From contig JAHPZA010000004.1 in NCBI GenBank assembly GCA_019058445.1, forward strand, positions 64,001 through 128,000: a stretch of 64,000 bases of DNA, read 5' to 3'. The DNA comes from Promethearchaeota archaeon. Lineage in GTDB: Archaea > Asgardarchaeota > Lokiarchaeia > Sigyniarchaeales > SOKP01. A program made the position numbers and the translations under genes. The notes below the pieces were generated by a model. That model had not been told where the DNA came from and did no database searches. It was given only the letters and a program-made list of their open reading frames with translations. Below, in pieces: positions 21,701 through 31,388 of the stretch (the first letter of the stretch is position 1; each line of letters starts with the position of its first letter).

Positions 21701-22791
21701 ATGCTATGGATTTGGGAGCAAATCAAAACCCTAGAATGTATGATGGTATTTCTGGACAAGCAATATTTTATCCAGCAATTGGACCAATAACAGCATCTAT
21801 TAATGGCAATCAGTTAGCCTATTCATGTATGATATATGGAAATGGAAAAATTGAAGAATTAAATTTAACTATATGCTCAGTTGATTCTACAATTGTCATC
21901 GAAACTATAGATCTTTTAAAATATTCAACGTCGGCTGATGGTTTTGGTTATTATACGGGAATGGCAGAATTATCAATCGGAGAAACTATTTCAAGTTATG
22001 AAATTGCTATGAAAATATCTGGTTATCAAGAAAAGGTTTTGAGAAGAACGTATGGTGATTTTGATGATGATGGATTATTTGATTTATTTGAGATACGATA
22101 CGGTTTAAATCCACAAAATAATGACACTGATGGTGATTATATTACAGACGGATGGGAGTATGACAATGGATTAAATCCATTTACAATGGACTCTCAAGAA
22201 GATCCAGATAATGACGATCTAAGTAATATTGAGGAATTCCACTATAATACTAATCCACATAATAACGATACAGAAAATGATGGTATGCCGGATGGATGGG
22301 AAATCGAATATAATCTTAATCCTAATTATGATGATTCTTTTGAAGACCCCGATATTGATTATCTTTCTAATATTGAGGAATTCCACTATAATACCTATCC
22401 AAATGACCCAGATTCCGATAATGATGGCATTTTAGATGGTGAAGAAATTGAACAAGGAACTAATCCATTGGATCCTAATGATCCCCCAAAAGAAGAAAGT
22501 GGAGGAGAAAGTGGAAATGATTCTGGAATTCGTATAGGTTTTAACATTTTTATTATAATTGGATTAATTAGTGTTATTTCTATTGTTATTTATGTAGTAA
22601 TCAAAAAATTTAAACCTAAACCAACAGTAAATAAACTGAAACCAGAACCTTTCATAGTTAAAGACCAGAAAAAAGTTATATCACGCATTCCCCAAAAATC
22701 GGATTCCATAAAATTTTGTCCCTACTGTAGAGCTCTTTGTAATTCTCAAAACAAATTTTGCACATCCTGTGGAAGAAAACTACTAATATAA
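18793..22791 (+). CDS. Surface-anchored multidomain caspase-like (peptidase C14) protein
   Basis: Signal peptide; SBBP-type propeller repeats (DSSGNIYIAG); three Ig-like repeats (P.I.I.SP...WY..NG); YYSGHG and IIDACNSG catalytic dyad; Ca-binding DTDGD repeats; TM helix; CPYC...CTSC tail. Confidence 0.85.
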   Translation: MKKRNINKILLFVFFLTLTVNGTLNSNNTPNRKGFHKDSTRIKSDPKLAESGGYGVEWYRTYGNALVDDHCVDMAMSSSEDLYLIGNTDIVKYNKFGSHQWTREWYISGDDDGNAVTVDSSGNIYIAGEANNEMCLVKYSSSGTHQWSRTISISNIDEAFAVAVDASNYIYIAGESYTSGTWPLRDFVLVKYSSSGSHQWTRTLDLSEEDTCTAITTDSSNNIYLGGTSRYGYGGDIYFTVAKYTSSGSLQWSRTWNTGSAMVKCGGIDLDTSNNIYLGGGVYVSSTYQTILTKFSSSGSYIWNRKWGGSGWEIAYDIAIDANNNIYLGGYTTSYGAGLYDFCFLVYTSNGALQTYETWGGTQYDYGRGIAVSADKNVYLAGHSLSYGPGKYDMCLVKFNPAPQITINSPSPDQVFGTIAPGFDVSILDLDLIERYYQLNGGTSYPFSGSTGIIDQNAWNSCDDGPVNITFYGRDPGGVVYEQVTVYKDTTGPNITILSPKIHEICGNKTIRFELSIENNDHEAIWYTVNGSQTFIAPGKEGIINENAWNACGNGSVNICFYANDSLNNIGYKNITVEKDLYYPFIEIISPIPDQLCGISAPQYNISISTLSANTTWYTLNNSQKYFINEMSGKLNQTAWNECTSEIIVIKFFVNNSVSVENYEEVFIRKDTAIPNITIITPASFQIVGNRTFEFDLSISNTDFTQIWYSINGSENYTASGLNDIINRTLWESFDNGTILITFYAKNSAGNIGSKNITLLKDLKHLYEKKLYAIIVGIEDYPGTINDLNYCKEDALSIRNFLNIKYNVKSSNIITLFDSSATLNSISNAFNTVSAKIYPEDIFFFYYSGHGGSSSSQYLCPYDSLPSNPSKLLYDTNLDSLLDTLSSSQNFVIIDACNSGGMIAESSASGRFFITACDVLEYSIETHYLHHGVFTHFFLESFDNALDIHEDEIVSMEEQYGYTGYNTWEYAMDLGANQNPRMYDGISGQAIFYPAIGPITASINGNQLAYSCMIYGNGKIEELNLTICSVDSTIVIETIDLLKYSTSADGFGYYTGMAELSIGETISSYEIAMKISGYQEKVLRRTYGDFDDDGLFDLFEIRYGLNPQNNDTDGDYITDGWEYDNGLNPFTMDSQEDPDNDDLSNIEEFHYNTNPHNNDTENDGMPDGWEIEYNLNPNYDDSFEDPDIDYLSNIEEFHYNTYPNDPDSDNDGILDGEEIEQGTNPLDPNDPPKEESGGESGNDSGIRIGFNIFIIIGLISVISIVIYVVIKKFKPKPTVNKLKPEPFIVKDQKKVISRIPQKSDSIKFCPYCRALCNSQNKFCTSCGRKLLI

Positions 22792-23146
22792 GATTAAATA
22801 CTTTTTTTTCTTTTTCTTTCTATTTTGATTTAAAATCAGTATATAGAAAAATAAATATTAACTCCTATTTCATCTTCTCTTCTAAAACTCTAAAATGAGC
22901 TTTTCTAAAAAATAAAAAAAGAGTAACTTTCCAAGTAGTTCAGAATTATTAAATTTTCTAATTATATCAAGATTAGATTTTCAAAAAGATTATTATAAGA
23001 CATTCAAATCTTTTTATACTCTTGTTTAATAATAAAACGATGGTTTGTTTATATTAATACTTTTTACATATAAATAAAAGAAGTTAATAGATAAGAAAAA
23101 AAACTAAATTATAATTATTGTTTTAATCTGGCGATTAATTTCAAGT

Positions 23147-23356
23147 CTAGAAGTATTTAATAGCCAAGAGAATGTCGTCTCGGGTGACCTTTTTTCTTTT
23201 TGCGTGTTTAGTCAAGCTTAATGCAGTCTTGGTTATTTTCTCTGCGCTAGTTCCCATCCATTCGACTAATTCATCTACAGCATCGCGAGCAACAATAATA
23301 GCGCCGTTGTGTTTCATTAAACGCCTTATTGGGCTCCACGAAATGTATTCACTCAT
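23147..23356 (-). CDS. Archaeal histone (HMf-type fold)
   Basis: SPIRRLMK...ARDAVDEL...HAKRKKVTRDDILLA; 69 aa; GGAGG ribosome-binding site upstream. Confidence 0.92.
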   Translation of the reverse strand: MSEYISWSPIRRLMKHNGAIIVARDAVDELVEWMGTSAEKITKTALSLTKHAKRKKVTRDDILLAIKYF

Positions 23357-23898
23357 GGTTTTTTCATTCCTCCACTTAATAATTTTTTATATTTTTATTT
23401 GAAATTTTAATTTTTCAAAGAGTTTATTATATCAAAATATATCTTTCATATTTATAAAGATTGTGGTAATTGCATAAGTCTAGGAGTAAATAATTCAAAA
23501 AAAAATTACGACAAAATTCGAATTAAGTTAATAGATCAATCTGGTGCAAGTTTAGGATTTTTTATTAAAAAGTCGTTTTAGTTAAAATTTAGGAATATTA
23601 TCTATTATAACTCATTAATTTTCTTTCAGTTGAGCCATGAATTCGAAAATAAAAAAATAAACACAAATTTTGTCAAATTCTGAAGATTTAGAATATAAAA
23701 TTTTGTGTTAATTATGACTTAATAATTATTAAATTTTAATTAGTGATCAGCAGGAGTTCGTGAACCTTTGTAGAGATCTGAAGCAAATTGAAGATTTTAT
23801 CAATTTGTTTTTATTAATGTAAAGTATAATAATATTCAAGTTGAAAAAGCAAGTAGATAAAGGCGAAAATAATATATAGACGAAATTAAGTAATTTAT

Positions 23899-24900
23899 TT
23901 ACCAAATAATTTGTGCTCGATTGCAATTCTTGCATTCTATTGATTCTCCCTTGGAGGGAAATCGATCAAGCACCCCTCCGCAGTATTTGCACTCCAACTC
24001 ATAGATATTATCAATTGATTTAATTTTCCCGATACTTAAAATCCGTTTTTTAAATTCATTAGAGAGAATTGTCAATAGAGAAATTAAATTATGATGATGT
24101 TGAGAAGCCGCTAAAAATTCAATTTTATTAGCCACTATCTGTCCTATTACTAAAATATCTTCTTTAGTGTTTAAATCCATACCAAAAAACCATGCGATTT
24201 TTTTCTTGTCATCTTTGGTTATTAGTTGAAACTTATGGAATCCGAGAAGTTGTTCTACATGATCAAAATATAGGGCTACATTTTGTTTCCCATCAGTAGC
24301 TATTCCAAGGCTCTTAATTGCTTTTTTGATTCCCTTTGTTTTGAGAAATTCTGCTATTTTTGGACTTGAGATTAATTTGCCTTCAATTTCAGGTGCAAGT
24401 ATCTTAATTTCTGCAGGATCAGAATCAAGCACTCGAATAAAATCTTTGTTATTTACATAAGTAATGTTAGTACGTAATTCTCCTTTGATATTTAGTAAAA
24501 TGGGTTTAAAGTAGAGGTTAATTTGGTTCTTACTGGTTTCGCTTAACTCATCAATTTCAAAACTAACTAGTTTAGCTCCAGATTCATCAGGCTGAGGAGT
24601 TATTGAAATTGTAGTTGGAGAGATTCTGGTTAGTGTTAAAAATTTAGGAAATTTAATTCGTGCTTTAATTTCTGTAATTGGAGCCAAGCTTTCATTAATA
24701 AGTAAGATGCTATACCGATAAGATGCTCCGAATGGTACCAATTCAGAAGTTAATTTAATTTTATTCTTTTGATCAACACTTTCAAAAGCATATGTGCTTT
24801 CGTCAGATTTTTCTTTAGCTGAGGCACCTTTTAATATAACTAACCCGTGTATTTTGCTCTCCTTAACCTTGTTTTGTTTGTCCATCTTACTATTCGCCAA
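23899..24900 (-). CDS. Hypothetical protein (beta-sandwich + alpha/beta domain + C-terminal Zn ribbon)
   Basis: 333-aa ORF with TTG start; CKYC...CKNC at the C-terminus. Confidence 0.65.
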   Translation of the reverse strand: MANSKMDKQNKVKESKIHGLVILKGASAKEKSDESTYAFESVDQKNKIKLTSELVPFGASYRYSILLINESLAPITEIKARIKFPKFLTLTRISPTTISITPQPDESGAKLVSFEIDELSETSKNQINLYFKPILLNIKGELRTNITYVNNKDFIRVLDSDPAEIKILAPEIEGKLISSPKIAEFLKTKGIKKAIKSLGIATDGKQNVALYFDHVEQLLGFHKFQLITKDDKKKIAWFFGMDLNTKEDILVIGQIVANKIEFLAASQHHHNLISLLTILSNEFKKRILSIGKIKSIDNIYELECKYCGGVLDRFPSKGESIECKNCNRAQIIW

Positions 24901-25002
24901 AAATTTTGAAGGTGTTCAAAAAATTTTAGTAGCTTTATTGTAATTATAAAAATTATTTTGTTTTATATATTTTTTTTACCCTAATATTTTTTCCCATGAA
25001 AG

Positions 25003-26378
25003 TAAAAGAAGGTTCTTCTCTTTAAGGGGGAAATGAATTTTGCATAAATTACTAATCTTCATCTATCTGTATAATTAAATAATTGTCTAAGTACATCCCT
25101 ATTATTAATGTATAGAGCAATAAAGATTAGGATATATCCTAATAAGAATCAAGAAGAAGTTTTGAATAAGACTTTTGGTTGCTGCCGATTTATTTATAAC
25201 AAAATGCTTGAGGACAGACGAAAAATATATGAAGAATTAAAAAATGATAAAGTTTCGCTTTATGCTTATAATTATAAGACTGAAAAAGAGTATAAACAAA
25301 AATATCCTTTCCTAAAGGAAGTGGATTCAAAAGCTCTCCAATCGGAATGGCGACATCTAAAATCAGCATATGATAATTTCTTTAGAAATGTTAAGAAAGG
25401 GATTAAGAAAGGATTTCCCCAGTATAAATCAAAAAAATCAACACAATCTTATACAACTTTTAATATAAATAATAATTGTAAGATAGATTTCGATCATAAG
25501 AGACTAAAATTGCCTAAAATAAGTACTTGGATTTCCTATAGGGATGAAAGATTATTTGATGAGAGGATAAAGCAAATGGTAATATCTAAAACACAAAGCG
25601 GTAAATATTATGTGAGCATATTAATAGAGTTAGAGAATATTATTATTCCTAAGAAAATTTTATTAGATGATAAGATTATAGGATTTGATATGAGCACCTC
25701 TAAGTTTCTGATAACCAAAGACTTAGAACTTTCAAATCCGAGATTTTATCGAAATGAAGAATCCACATTAAGAAGGATTCACAGAGAAGTGAGTCGAAAA
25801 AAGGAAGGTTTGATCAATCGAAAAAAGGCAAGATTAAAATTAGCTAGATTATACGAAAAGATTTACAATCGAAAGAAAGATTGGATCCATAAAATAACTG
25901 GTTTGTTATCAGAACATTTTGATTGCGTAATTTTAGAGGATTTAAATATAAAAGGAATGCAAAAATTCAATTCTGGAATTTCTAAATCTGTGAGTTTAGA
26001 TTTTTCGTGGAAAAAATTTACCATTATTTTAAAATATAAAATGGAACAAAAGGGAAAGCATTTAGTCTTAATTGATCGCTATTTTCCTAGTTCTAAACTT
26101 TGTTCTCAATGTAGTTTTAAAAATGATGAGCTTAGATTAAGTGATCGGAAGTGGATGTGTCCAGAATGTAATGCTCATCATGATAGAGATGTAAATGCTT
26201 CAATTAATATTAAAAAGGAAGGCGTAAATATCTTAAAAAAGAATAATATCACGATCATTCATAATGATTATGCGGTAGGGACTACCGTGAATGCGTTTGG
26301 AGAAGATGTCAGACTCTCGATGGGAGAGCAATTTTCGATGAATTACGAATCCACGACCTTTAGGAAGTGGTAGTTCAA
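25003..26378 (+). mobile_element. IS200/IS605-family element, TnpB only (IS1341-like, non-autonomous)
   Basis: Left-end hairpin TTCTTCTCTTTAAGGGGGAA (25013-25032) followed by ATGAATTTTG; right-end hairpin CCACGACCTTTAGGAAGTGG followed by TAGTTCA (to about 26377); no tnpA. Exact ends are approximate. Confidence 0.8.
25108..26373 (+). CDS. tnpB: RNA-guided endonuclease TnpB
   Basis: N-terminal RAIKIRIYPN..Q...FGCCRFIYN; RuvC GFDM, LEDL, HDRD.NAS; Zn finger CSQC/CPEC. Confidence 0.95.
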   Translation: MYRAIKIRIYPNKNQEEVLNKTFGCCRFIYNKMLEDRRKIYEELKNDKVSLYAYNYKTEKEYKQKYPFLKEVDSKALQSEWRHLKSAYDNFFRNVKKGIKKGFPQYKSKKSTQSYTTFNINNNCKIDFDHKRLKLPKISTWISYRDERLFDERIKQMVISKTQSGKYYVSILIELENIIIPKKILLDDKIIGFDMSTSKFLITKDLELSNPRFYRNEESTLRRIHREVSRKKEGLINRKKARLKLARLYEKIYNRKKDWIHKITGLLSEHFDCVILEDLNIKGMQKFNSGISKSVSLDFSWKKFTIILKYKMEQKGKHLVLIDRYFPSSKLCSQCSFKNDELRLSDRKWMCPECNAHHDRDVNASINIKKEGVNILKKNNITIIHNDYAVGTTVNAFGEDVRLSMGEQFSMNYESTTFRKW

Positions 26379-26645
26379 AGATAAGGTATTAAATAACAGT
26401 TATGAGTTATTAGGTAAAATTATTTTTAAAATCAAATGATCTTATTATCTAAATAGCTCTTTTTTCTACAGTTTGTCTTAATAAAACATATAAATTCTTT
26501 TATATATTCATCAACAATATCTATTTAAATATTCAGAAATTTTAAACGATCTTAATTAAAAGATTTTACCTAAATATTTTTATTTTTATAGCTTTTTTAC
26601 TAGAATATCATCAAAATGTGAATTAACTTAAATCCGTGATTATTT

Positions 26646-27320
26646 ATAGCATTACATGAATTAGACGATCTCTTAGACAGCGCAACAATTAAACCCACTT
26701 TTGAATATGTACATATTATCTTAGCTTTGTATATATTTAACAACAATCCGACGGGATTAGGAAGATATCGTTTAGAAAAAGAATTATCTATTGGATCTGG
26801 CACAGCTAAATCTTTAATTAAAAGGCTAAAGAAGAAAGTAAGCTTTATAACTGTATTTGAGAATAATATTAGAAAGGGACATATACTAACAAATAAAGGT
26901 CAAGAATTTTTAAACAGATTCAAAAGAAAAATACCGTTTCTCATAAAAGGTGACAGTGAGATTTTAAAAGATATAATTATTGAATCTGAAGATACATGCG
27001 TTTATATTTGCCAAGTTAAAGATAGTGCAGAAAAATTAACAAATGGAATAGCCCAGAGAGATGCAGCAATAAAAATTAATGGCAAAGGTGCAAGTTGTAT
27101 TGTGTTTAATGGAAAAGATTTCGTATTTGAACTAGAACCCTCTTCAGAAGAGGATAAGGAGCATATGCAAGTAAATGAGGACGTTCAGGATTATTTTAAG
27201 AAAATTATCATAGAAGAAAATTCACTTTTGGAGAAAAATGATGTAATTATTTTAGGATTAGGAGATAGCTCTGAAATAGCAAGATTAGCATCTTTAAATG
27301 CTGCGTTAACCTTACTTTAA
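26646..27320 (+). CDS. Winged-helix + DUF4443-like archaeal protein
   Basis: PTFEYVHIILAL..GLGRYRLEKELSIGSGT and GIAQRDAAIKING.GA. Family-like sequence begins upstream of TTG 26727, implying an ATA start at 26646. Confidence 0.7.
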   Translation: MALHELDDLLDSATIKPTFEYVHIILALYIFNNNPTGLGRYRLEKELSIGSGTAKSLIKRLKKKVSFITVFENNIRKGHILTNKGQEFLNRFKRKIPFLIKGDSEILKDIIIESEDTCVYICQVKDSAEKLTNGIAQRDAAIKINGKGASCIVFNGKDFVFELEPSSEEDKEHMQVNEDVQDYFKKIIIEENSLLEKNDVIILGLGDSSEIARLASLNAALTLL

Positions 27321-27342
27321 TAATATAGATAATTTAAGAAAA

Positions 27343-27822
27343 ATGAAGTTTGAAAAAGACATAATAATCATAGTATCTCAAAAGATAATGGACGATTTAA
27401 AAAATTGCGTAAACAACGCAAGTCCTAATGAAGCTTGTGGTTTAATCTTTGGGGATATAAAGGAAATTCAGGTTAGTGAAGGATTTCAATATCATTATAT
27501 TGCGCGAAAATTTGAATGTCTTGAATCAGATAAGAAATCTCCTGTTGCATTTCTTATAGAAAATATTGAAAGATTAAATAAAGTATGGCAAAATGCAGCG
27601 CAGAAATATAACTTGCGTCTGATTAGTATCTTTCATTCTCATCCGGCGGGTTCTTCTCCAAGCGGAGTAGACCATAATAATATGGTGTATTTAGATAACT
27701 GTGGCAATAGAGCATTTAAAAATCAGATTTGGACAATTATGGACGCTCATAATTTCAATTTAAATGGTTACATTTACTATCATGAAGAAATAATGGAAGT
27801 AGTTGTAGAAATTAATAAATAA
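27343..27822 (+). CDS. JAMM/MPN+ metallo-isopeptidase
   Basis: EACGL...HSHP...PSGVD JAMM motif. Confidence 0.9.
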   Translation: MKFEKDIIIIVSQKIMDDLKNCVNNASPNEACGLIFGDIKEIQVSEGFQYHYIARKFECLESDKKSPVAFLIENIERLNKVWQNAAQKYNLRLISIFHSHPAGSSPSGVDHNNMVYLDNCGNRAFKNQIWTIMDAHNFNLNGYIYYHEEIMEVVVEINK

Positions 27823-27881
27823 GTTATTACAATTGAAATATTCCTTATTTTATGTTTAATGCATCAAATATAAGAAGATTA

Positions 27882-28532
27882 TTATTGAATTTGTTTATAC
27901 CCATCCTTATCTATCGTGCAGATTTGAATTTTGAAACCTGATGCTGCATCGCGTTCGCGAGAACTGGTGATTGCAGTTTTGATTAATTCAATACCCTCAT
28001 TTACAGACATATTTGGTTTCCAATCTGCTTCTAAAACACCTAAGGAAAAAGGAGAACCAGACCCAAATGATATGAATTTATCTTCTTCATAGAGGGTTCC
28101 TAATAAATCAATACCGTAAAGCTTCCCTTTTTTTTCTTTTTCAGAGTATCCTCCAACAATCATCAATGATAGGAAGAATGAACGTCCAGAAAAAAGAATA
28201 TTCCTCGTTATATTTGCTATGTATTTAGGCTCAGGGACCTCTCCTTCTTCTACTTCCTTAAGCCGTGAAAGAGCACTAATCTGATTTACGACATATTGAC
28301 AATCCGCGACCCCCCCGCTAATAGTTGCAGCCACATACTTATTGACTTCAAATAGTTTTTGAGCTTGTTTGGTTGCAACTGTATATCCTGCTGTAGCTTG
28401 AGATTCTGTGCCTATAATCACTCCTCCATTTACAATAATCCCTACAGTAGTCGTTCCTGAGTGAATTGCTTTTAAATAATCTTTCTCATTAGTTTGAGGA
28501 TTTATATTATTTCCCATCATTCGATTTGACAC
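27882..28532 (-). CDS. psmB: Proteasome beta subunit
   Basis: Propeptide then G|TTTVG catalytic Thr; SGGVADCQ, GSGS, RDAASG. Confidence 0.95.
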   Translation of the reverse strand: MSNRMMGNNINPQTNEKDYLKAIHSGTTTVGIIVNGGVIIGTESQATAGYTVATKQAQKLFEVNKYVAATISGGVADCQYVVNQISALSRLKEVEEGEVPEPKYIANITRNILFSGRSFFLSLMIVGGYSEKEKKGKLYGIDLLGTLYEEDKFISFGSGSPFSLGVLEADWKPNMSVNEGIELIKTAITSSRERDAASGFKIQICTIDKDGYKQIQ

Positions 28533-28700
28533 TTCAATCTGTTTTAATATTGGTGTTTTATTATGATATTATATTTAAAGAAAGTATTGAACTAAATATA
28601 TTTTTCTCTAATAAAAAATTATAAATGCTTCAAATTCACAAAATTTTAAAGAAATCAGATATTAATTAGAACATAATATTTTGAATTGAATTGATCAAGA

Positions 28701-29078
28701 ATGGCAAGAAGTCAGTCGAGAAGCAAAAGAAAATACACTGGTAAAAAATACAAACTTTTTCGAAAAAAAAGAAAACGAGAGCTTGAAAGACCTCCAATCA
28801 ATACTCAAATTGGCTCAGAAAAAGTTAAAACTCAACGCGTTATGGGGGGCAATAGTAAAGTCAAGCTTTTTTCTACGGATTATGTCAATTTAACCGATCC
28901 GAATACCAATAAGACTCAGAAAGTTAGGATTATGAGATTTGAAAGCAATCAAGCATCAAAAGATATTAATAGAAGGCATATTTTAACAAAAGGAGCCATA
29001 ATTGAAACTGAATTAGGAAAGGCTAGAATTACCAGTCGTCCCGGTCAACATGGCCAATTAAATGCAATTTTAATTTAA
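28701..29078 (+). CDS. rps8e: 30S ribosomal protein S8e (eS8)
   Basis: RKKRKRELER, RVMGGN.K, ILTKGAIIETELGKARITSRPGQHG.LNA. Confidence 0.97.
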   Translation: MARSQSRSKRKYTGKKYKLFRKKRKRELERPPINTQIGSEKVKTQRVMGGNSKVKLFSTDYVNLTDPNTNKTQKVRIMRFESNQASKDINRRHILTKGAIIETELGKARITSRPGQHGQLNAILI

Positions 29079-29126
29079 ACAGATCTCTTCAAAATTAAAA
29101 CAGAGCTTATCCTCAATTTTTCTCTT

Positions 29127-29402
29127 TTAAAAAGGATTATCAGAACTTAAGTTCAATTCATCTGATACCTTTTCATTCTCAAACTCATACTCGTTTAAAG
29201 TAAATATACTGAAAACTAACATCAAGATGAATATTCCACTAATCAAGAAGAGTTCAAAAATCATTTCTCCAAATAAGTTAAAGGCTAATAAAACATATCC
29301 TTCTTGCCCGCCATATAAGAAGGCTACCCATATAAAAAAGGTTAAGAATCCCCATCCTGTAGATCCAAATACGCAGATAAATGTTTTTTTTGCCAAATTC
29401 AT
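29127..29402 (-). CDS. Small two-TM membrane protein
   Basis: Two hydrophobic segments and an acidic tail; ATG start. Confidence 0.6.
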   Translation of the reverse strand: MNLAKKTFICVFGSTGWGFLTFFIWVAFLYGGQEGYVLLAFNLFGEMIFELFLISGIFILMLVFSIFTLNEYEFENEKVSDELNLSSDNPF

Positions 29403-29773
29403 TTTAATTCCGTATTTTCCTAATCGTGACTTTTAGAATATTTAAATAATTCCTTCTATTACCAACTTTGGTAATCAAATTACTAATTAAATAAAATAGA
29501 AGATAAATTTATAAATTACTTGATATCATTAAAGTACGTGTTGACATGACATAAAAAAATAGTTAAAACGAATTTTTAAGAATTGGAAATTTTATCCTTT
29601 GAGTTCATTGTTCATTTGTTATTTTTGATTATTTTTTCAATTATAATAATTACAGATTGCTCAAAAAATGAATTAAACCTATTAACTTATAACTTAATTT
29701 TCAAGATTTCTTTACAAAACTTTAAATTTATCATTAAATTTGCTAAATTTAAATTCTAATTATATTATAAGAG

Positions 29774-30874
29774 TTGAAATTCAAAATTAGTAAAGAGAAT
29801 ATAAGATCTATAATGGATCAATTTAATATTTTTGTTAGAGATAATATTGTAGGATATCTAACAGTGATTTTAGTTGGAATAGGAAGACGATTGGGAATTT
29901 TCCAATATTTATATAAAAAAGCAATTTCTGAAAATATTGATAAGAAGATTGAATCTGTGTCATTTTCAGTTAGTGAATTAATAACAAAGCTTGATCTAAA
30001 TGAAAGATATTTAGATGGTTGGTTAACTGCTGCTATAGAAGTAGGACTTATTGAAATTGAAAATAACGATACAAAATTATTAAAAACTTGTCCGTATATA
30101 TATGACTTTTTTATTGATAGTAATAATCCCGTTTTTCTTGGAGCAGCTTATGGTAGTATTTATAGAATTGCCCTACAAGAAGATGATGTGTTTAAAAATT
30201 TTAAGACAGGTAAATTAATAAGTCGAGCTCAAATTCCAAAAGACATTGTTATGGAAGGCCATCGTGCAACGGCAAGAATGGGAAATACATTAGAGAATTA
30301 CTTTGCAAAACACTTTCGTCAATTTCAAAAAAATCTTAAAAAGGAGGGAAAAATTCTTGAAATAGGTTGTGGTTATGGTTATAATTTGCTAAATTGGGCG
30401 AAGAAATATAAGAAATGTGGTATAATTGGGCTTGATATAGATGAAGAAGCAGTGAATTTTACAAGGGAACAAGTTCTAAAAAATAAATTGGATGAAAGAG
30501 TTGAAGTTTTAACTATTTCTATTGAGGATTATGAAATTCCAAAGGATAAAAACAAATTTGATTTAATCCTTTTAAATGAAGTACTTCATGAAATGGAGAT
30601 GGATGATACTTTTAGAAAAAATGTTATTGATAGATTATACTTACTTCTAAAAGAGGGTGGTATCGTTCTGATTGGAGAATCTATAATAGAAGATCTATTT
30701 GATCCGAGCCGAAAACCACAATTACTTGAAGCACTACATAAATGGCAAGAAATTGGCTTGACTTCCAAGTTCTATAGCGAAAAAAGTTTCAGAGAATTAA
30801 TAGCTTTAACTTCTTTTAAAAATGTTGAATTAATCAAGGAAACGTATAATTCTTTTTGGGTACTAAAAAAATAA
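29774..30874 (+). CDS. Class I SAM-dependent methyltransferase with N-terminal winged helix
   Basis: ILEIGCGYG, GLDID, FDLI...EVLHE; N-terminal ERYLDGWL wHTH. Confidence 0.88.
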   Translation: MKFKISKENIRSIMDQFNIFVRDNIVGYLTVILVGIGRRLGIFQYLYKKAISENIDKKIESVSFSVSELITKLDLNERYLDGWLTAAIEVGLIEIENNDTKLLKTCPYIYDFFIDSNNPVFLGAAYGSIYRIALQEDDVFKNFKTGKLISRAQIPKDIVMEGHRATARMGNTLENYFAKHFRQFQKNLKKEGKILEIGCGYGYNLLNWAKKYKKCGIIGLDIDEEAVNFTREQVLKNKLDERVEVLTISIEDYEIPKDKNKFDLILLNEVLHEMEMDDTFRKNVIDRLYLLLKEGGIVLIGESIIEDLFDPSRKPQLLEALHKWQEIGLTSKFYSEKSFRELIALTSFKNVELIKETYNSFWVLKK

Positions 30875-31006
30875 CGTATCAATTCCTTCCATTACTCAAA
30901 ATAATTAATTGATTTCATTAATAATTTAATACGTATTAAATACGTCAATTAAAAATTGATCTTTAAGCAAAATATTCAATACAAAACTTATAATCTCAGA
31001 TAAAAA

Positions 31007-31378
31007 TTATTCTTGAATTTTTATATTCTTCACATTAGCCTTTTTGCCTTCAATTACTTCAGTATTTTTACTTTCGCAATGCTGACATTGAAATAGCTCA
31101 AGTCCTTTTAAATAAGTATCTTCACTAAGAGTAACAGTAGAGATTTTTCCACATTCTCGACATTTAATTTTTCCAGGTAAAATTTCAATGACTAATTCAG
31201 CACCTTCAGCAATAGAACCATGAGTAGCCATTTTAAATGATTGTTTTAATAACTCTGGTACAATTAAGGTCAACTCTCCAATTTCTAAATATACTTCTGA
31301 AATCTTTTTCGCATTATATTTAATTGCTGTAGCTTCAGCTACTTTAAAAATATTGTAGGCAAAAGAAAATTCATGCAT
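31007..31378 (-). CDS. hypA: Hydrogenase maturation nickel metallochaperone HypA
   Basis: MHE N-terminus, IGELT, CREC...CQHC. Confidence 0.95.
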   Translation of the reverse strand: MHEFSFAYNIFKVAEATAIKYNAKKISEVYLEIGELTLIVPELLKQSFKMATHGSIAEGAELVIEILPGKIKCRECGKISTVTLSEDTYLKGLELFQCQHCESKNTEVIEGKKANVKNIKIQE

Positions 31379-31388
31379 AGTTTAATTT

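Noticed and set aside
22060-22480. Internal DNA repeats (AATATTGAGGAATTCCACTATAATAC twice)
   Set aside because: Explained by the coding Ca-binding repeats of the surface protein.
22792-23898. Long AT-rich gaps around the histone gene as a replication origin
   Set aside because: No ORB-like repeats or cdc6/orc1 gene seen.
27343-28532. Ubiquitin-proteasome operon (JAMM + beta subunit)
   Set aside because: The genes are convergent and no ubiquitin, E1, E2 or E3 gene is in the window.
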